A DNA stretch of 64,000 nucleotides from the human T2T-CHM13v2.0 reference genome, Homo sapiens: assembly GCF_009914755.1 (NCBI RefSeq), contig NC_060936.1. The stretch is one strand, 5' to 3'. The notes below the pieces were generated by a model. That model saw only the letters and a list, made by a program, of their open reading frames with translations, was not told the DNA's origin and did not search any database. This document shows, piece after piece, positions 55,873 to 64,000 of this stretch. Within the stretch, counting starts at the first letter, position 1. Every line of letters begins with the position of its first letter. Made by a program: the position numbers and the translations under genes.

Positions 55873-56301
55873 TATATAGCTTTTGCCATGATGTCAGGTA
55901 CCATTTTATGAATTTATCCCTCATGAGAACTCTATGCGGTAGTTGCCAACATCATCCCTATTTTCTTTTTCTTTTCTTTTCTTTTTTTTGAGACGGAGTC
56001 TTTTTCAGTCGCCCAGGCTGGAGTGCAGTGACGCGATCTTGGCTTACTGCAAGCTCCGTCTCCTGGGTTCACGCTATTCTCCTGCCTCAGTCTCCTGAGT
56101 GGCTGGGACTACAGGTGTCCGCCACCACGCCCGGCTAATTTTTTTTGTATTTTTTTAGTAGAGATGGGGTTTCACCATGTTAGCCAGGATGGTCTCGATC
56201 TCCTGACCTTGTGATCCACCCGCCTCAGCCTCCCAAAGTGCTGGGATTACAGGCGTGAGCCACCACGCCTAGCCTCTTTTTTTTTTTTTTTTTTTTTTTA
56301 A

Positions 56302-57142
<841 letters not shown>

Positions 57143-57394
57143 TTAAATTTTAAATTTATTGTTATTTTTATTTTTTGTAGAGATGGGATCTCACCGTGTT
57201 GTCCAGGCTGGTCTCGAACTTCTGGGCTCAAGCAATCAGCCCACCTCGGGTATATTAAGTATATTCAGAGGAACGGGCCAGGCCAGGTGGCTCATGCCTG
57301 TAATCCCAGCACTTTGGGAGGCCGAGACAGGCAGATAATGAGGTCAGGAGTTTGAAACAAGCCTGGCCAGCATAGTGAAACCCCATCTCTACTA

Positions 57395-57604
<210 letters not shown>

Positions 57605-57894
57605 TTATCTCAAATGCCACTGGGAGGCAGTATCACCATTCAGTTTGTTTCCCTTTGTGATTTCATACACATAGGTGCAAACCCCTTTTTTCCTTCAGTC
57701 CTTATGCTACCTGGCTCTACCATCGTTTTTAGTCTTTTTTTGTGGTATATCTATCAGCCTCAAGTTTCTTGCCCCATGTTGTTTGCAGACTTCGACACTT
57801 GCCTCATTGATTGCCTGTCTAGTTTAAGTCCTATTGTTATTCTGGGTGTTTTTAGCATCTGAAAGGATGATCTATTCTGTAAAGGTATGGTTGA

Positions 57895-58590
<696 letters not shown>

Positions 58591-58774
58591 AAATTATTCA
58601 TCATCTACTTTATTTGGTTAAAATGAAAATAAACTATTGATCCTATTAATATTTGACAAGAAGCCTTGGGAGTTAAAATCCTGTTGAAGTAAGTAAGTTG
58701 CTTGAAAACTTGGAGTACTCCTATGTTAGTTATTTTCCTTGTTAATAAAATAAAGAAGAGAAGATTAGAAAATA

Positions 58775-59388
58775 TGTTACAGGACCAACAGGTTTGTATG
58801 CCCACTGCACAGCAACATACCAATACACTGAGACAGTAGGGTTTGCAGCAGAGAAAGAGTTTAATGATTGCAGGGCGGCTGAGCAAGGAGATGAGAGGAG
58901 ATCTTCAAGTCCATCTCCCTGAGGAGTTCTGGGCTGGGGTTTTTAAGGGGATTGTGGAGAATGAGGGACTGGAAAATTGGGGTCATTGAGTGGTTGGGGT
59001 CAAAGGGATGAAGTCGTCAGGATGTGGAAACTGCATTCAGTGAGTCAGCTCCTTGTATGATCCTTCAGAACTGCTGATGTCGATGGGGTCCTTCAGATCA
59101 GCTGACCTCATTAGTTTCACTGGTGTGCAGGACCTGAAAGGATATCTCAAATGGAAACAACATTTTATAATGTTCAAGTTGTTATCTATAATAGAGCAGT
59201 TAAGGGGAACTATACTGTCTGATCTATGTGATTCTAGGACAATATGCCTAAACAACGATGAGAAAGCAGGTCAGAGAGCCGGCTGACCTAATGATTAATG
59301 CTGAATGTGTTGCAAGCTTGGTTTGTTTTCATTTCTTTCTCTCCCTGCTTTCCTGATTAATTTTCAAAGGTTCATAAGGACAGTTTCA
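58775..59388 (-). mobile_element. Complete ERV1-class solo LTR (LTR26-like)
   Basis: TG...CA ends with 4-bp duplication AATA (58771-58774 and 59389-59392); ATTAAA on minus near the 3' end. Confidence 0.7.
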
Positions 59389-61024
59389 AATATGTTCTAT
59401 TGACACAGGAGCATAATAAACAAAAGGAGAATGGGGCCAAAGTCACATCTCAGTTTAAATATGATAAGCTCTGTCTCTTGTTATCATAAACTACTGAAAA
59501 GTAGCAGAGAGTTCCATCATATTTGTTTAAATGCCAGAGTTTTGGATTGATCTCACAGGAATGTTCCCTCTAACAGAGCACGTGATGATCACAAAGCCAA
59601 TAAAACGTGTTCTGGGACGTTGCAATTGCTCTTTAATCTATTTGGTGCGTTTGGTATAGGAAACTGAGTATTTAAAACCTAAACTGTAAATTAACCTACC
59701 AGACTTTAGATAAGCAATCTGCCAATATAAATATTGTGTAGGTTCTCTTGTTAGCCATAAGGCTATACATGTTTTGGCTCTAGCTTTCTCCTTGCAGACT
59801 GCTTGAAATAAAGGATTGGCAGATTCACATTAAAGCACAACATTAAGCCTTGTTCCTTCATAGGAATTTGGATTTGTGTGAAGACAATGGGAAGCCATGG
59901 AAGGGTTTTTTTTTTTTTTTTCAGAGTGTCACTCTGTCACCCAGGCTGGAGTGCAGTGACGCCATCTCAGCTCAAGCGATGACCCTTGGGTTCAAGCGAT
60001 TCTCATGCATCAGCCTCCCTAGTAGCTGGAATTACAGTTATGTGCCACCATTCCCAGCTAATTTTTTTGTATTGGTAGTAGAGGTGGGGTTTTGCCATGT
60101 TGGCCAGGCTGGTCTCGAACTCCTGACCTCAACTGATTCACCTGCCTTGGCCTCCCAAAGTGCTGGGATTACAGATGTGAGCTACCATTCCTGGCTCATT
60201 GAAGGGTTTTAAGCAGAGTAGAAACATAATCAGAGTTGTGTTTTGTTTGTTTGTTTGTTTATTTATGAGACAGGGTCTCTGTCATCCAAGCTGGAGTGCA
60301 GTGGCATGATCATGGCTCACTGCAGCTTCAACCTTCCCAGGCTCAGGTGATCCTCCCACCTCGGCCTCCCGAGTAGCTGGGATTATGGGCATGTGCCACC
60401 ACACCCGGCTAATTTTTGTATTTTGTGTAGAGACGGGGTTTTGCAATATTGGCCAAGCTGGTCTCGAACTCCTAGGCTCAAGTGATCTTCCCACCTCGGC
60501 CTTCCAAAGTGCTGGGATTACAGGTGTGAGCCACCGCCCCCGGCCTCAGAGTTGTGTTTTATAAATAAACTCTGGAGCCCTGTAGAGGGCAAATAGGAGG
60601 GTAGAGAGAAACCAGAGGTGGAGCAATCCTAGCAGACTGTTGCCAGAAACCAGGTGAGAAATACTGATGGCCTGAGCTAAGGCAGTAAAGTGGAGATGGA
60701 AGGGATGGGATGGACATAATGACTTTAAGGAGGTAGAATTAATATTGATTGGACATGGGGGATGAGGAAGGGGTCTAGGATGATTCCCAGGTTTCAGACT
60801 TGGGCAACTGGATGGAAGGGAGTTGCCTGGCATCTATTAAGCACTTATTAAATTTGTTGAATACATATGCAGATAGGAAATAACATGAAAATGAGGAGGA
60901 CCAGATTGCAGTGAATCATCATCATTTTAGTTTTGAATGTGTTGAGTTTGAGGTACTGTTGTGATTCTCCCTAAGTACGATTTTACTACGGGGTCGTACT
61001 GTGACTCGTCACATTTAATATAAG

Positions 61025-62195
<1,171 letters not shown>

Positions 62196-62245
<50 letters not shown>
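62196..62245. repeat. (TA)n(CA)n microsatellite at the L1 tail
   Basis: Directly visible. Confidence 0.93.
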
Positions 62246-62247
<2 letters not shown>

Positions 62248-62558
62248 CCCTAGGTCCAGGGCTCAAGCTATGAAACAGCTGCAGTTCTTTCAGAAAGGTG
62301 ACTGAGCCAGCCCCAGCTTGCAGCAGCTGATCTCAGGTTGGCAGTCTTAAGAAGTGGGCTTTGCTAAAATCAACCTGCCCTCTGACCCCATTCCAGCAGG
62401 GGATTTGCATTGTAATATTCCAGTTTAAATTAGAGGATGGGACCAGGCACGGTGGTACACGCCTGTAATCCTAGAACTTTAGGAAGCTGAGGCAGGCAGA
62501 TCGTTTGAGCCCAGGAGTTCGAGACCAGTGTGGGCAAGCTGGTGAAACCCCATCTCTA

Positions 62559-62750
<192 letters not shown>

Positions 62751-62821
62751 TTAAATAGAGGGCTGGGTGCGTCAGCTCATGTGTAATCCCAGCACTTTGG
62801 GAAGTCAAGGCAGGTGGATCA

Positions 62822-63205
<384 letters not shown>

Positions 63206-63225
63206 TTACCACAAGAGGGAGGTGT

Positions 63226-63232
63226 TATAAGA
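63226..63232 (+). promoter_or_regulatory. HSD17B6: TATA-like box of the probable HSD17B6 proximal promoter
   Basis: TATAAGA about 30 nt upstream of the inferred start, in unique non-CpG-island sequence. Confidence 0.55.
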
Positions 63233-63256
63233 GCAATGCAGAGGTTGGAGTGGGCA

Positions 63257-63346
63257 GCAGTTGGGGCAGGAGGAAGCCGACTGCTGCCTGGTCTGCAAAG
63301 AAGTCCTTTCAAGTCTCTAGGACTGGACTCTTCCTAAGCAAGTCCG
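63257..63346 (+). other. HSD17B6: Probable non-coding first exon of HSD17B6 (start approximate; CDS lies outside the window)
   Basis: Ends CCG|gtatgt; gene order NACA-PRIM1-HSD17B6 and my recollection of the mRNA 5' UTR. Confidence 0.65.
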
Positions 63347-63368
63347 GTATGTAGGTGGGTAAGGGTGG

Positions 63369-63370
<2 letters not shown>

Positions 63371-63408
<38 letters not shown>
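63371..63408. repeat. (GT)19 microsatellite
   Basis: 38-nt GT run 24 nt after the donor at 63346. Confidence 0.95.
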
Positions 63409-63410
<2 letters not shown>

Positions 63411-63852
63411 GGGATATGGGATATGGTCTGTTTGGAGACAGGTTTTGATTATGATTTTTTATCATCTTAAAAGATCCTTCAACTTTGATTCGTGAAAGAA
63501 ATTTTGTCACGATTGCTTGCTCTGCTTTTTTGATCTTTACTCCCATGAAGTTTGGGAGAGTACTGGTTACAAGTTGGGAGTGATTTCATACTTACAAATA
63601 GGGACTCTGGGTATCCTCTGAAAACGGGATTCTCGGCAGTGGGGGAAACAAGCTCTTTAATGGTTAATGCTGATAGCTGTTGGGTAAGTTTGTGAAACTT
63701 TGGGTAAGCGGAAAGGGGCCTTCTGTGATTGGGCCAAGATCCCAGAACTCTGAGAGGTTGAGGAGTGAGGATCCCTTGAACTCAGGAGTTTGGGACCAGC
63801 CTGGGCAACATGATGAAACCCTGTCTCTACAAAAAATACAAAAAATTAGCTA

Positions 63853-63999
<147 letters not shown>

Positions 64000-64000
64000 A

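Overview
Human (primate) genomic DNA, very Alu-rich, recognisable as the chr12q13.3 NACA-PRIM1-HSD17B6 interval. It holds the complete NACA gene on the minus strand (9 exons; ubiquitous 215-aa alpha-NAC plus a 5520-nt muscle-specific skNAC exon containing a coding 69-bp tandem repeat), the complete PRIM1 gene on the minus strand (13 coding exons, 420 aa) and the probable promoter and non-coding first exon of HSD17B6 on the plus strand. Exon boundaries were read from splice signals and the exon lengths sum to intact ORFs. The rest is Alus, old L1/L2/MIR fragments, ERV1-type LTRs and DNA-transposon fossils (Tigger1, Tigger3/MER7, MER1, MER20, piggyBac-type MER75); repeat family names are from memory of consensus sequences, not a database search. 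I found no evidence of a wholly new gene system. The most notable observations are: (i) the skNAC exon predicts 2055 aa, exactly one 23-aa repeat unit shorter than the 2078-aa reference as I recall it; (ii) in-frame internal splice sites can remove the whole repeat from that exon; (iii) RBFOX/QKI/GU-rich motifs cluster just downstream of it; (iv) PRIM1 has a U12 AT-AC intron, a GC-AG intron and a 71-nt intron. Almost all short ORFs in the track are Alu or L1 translations.
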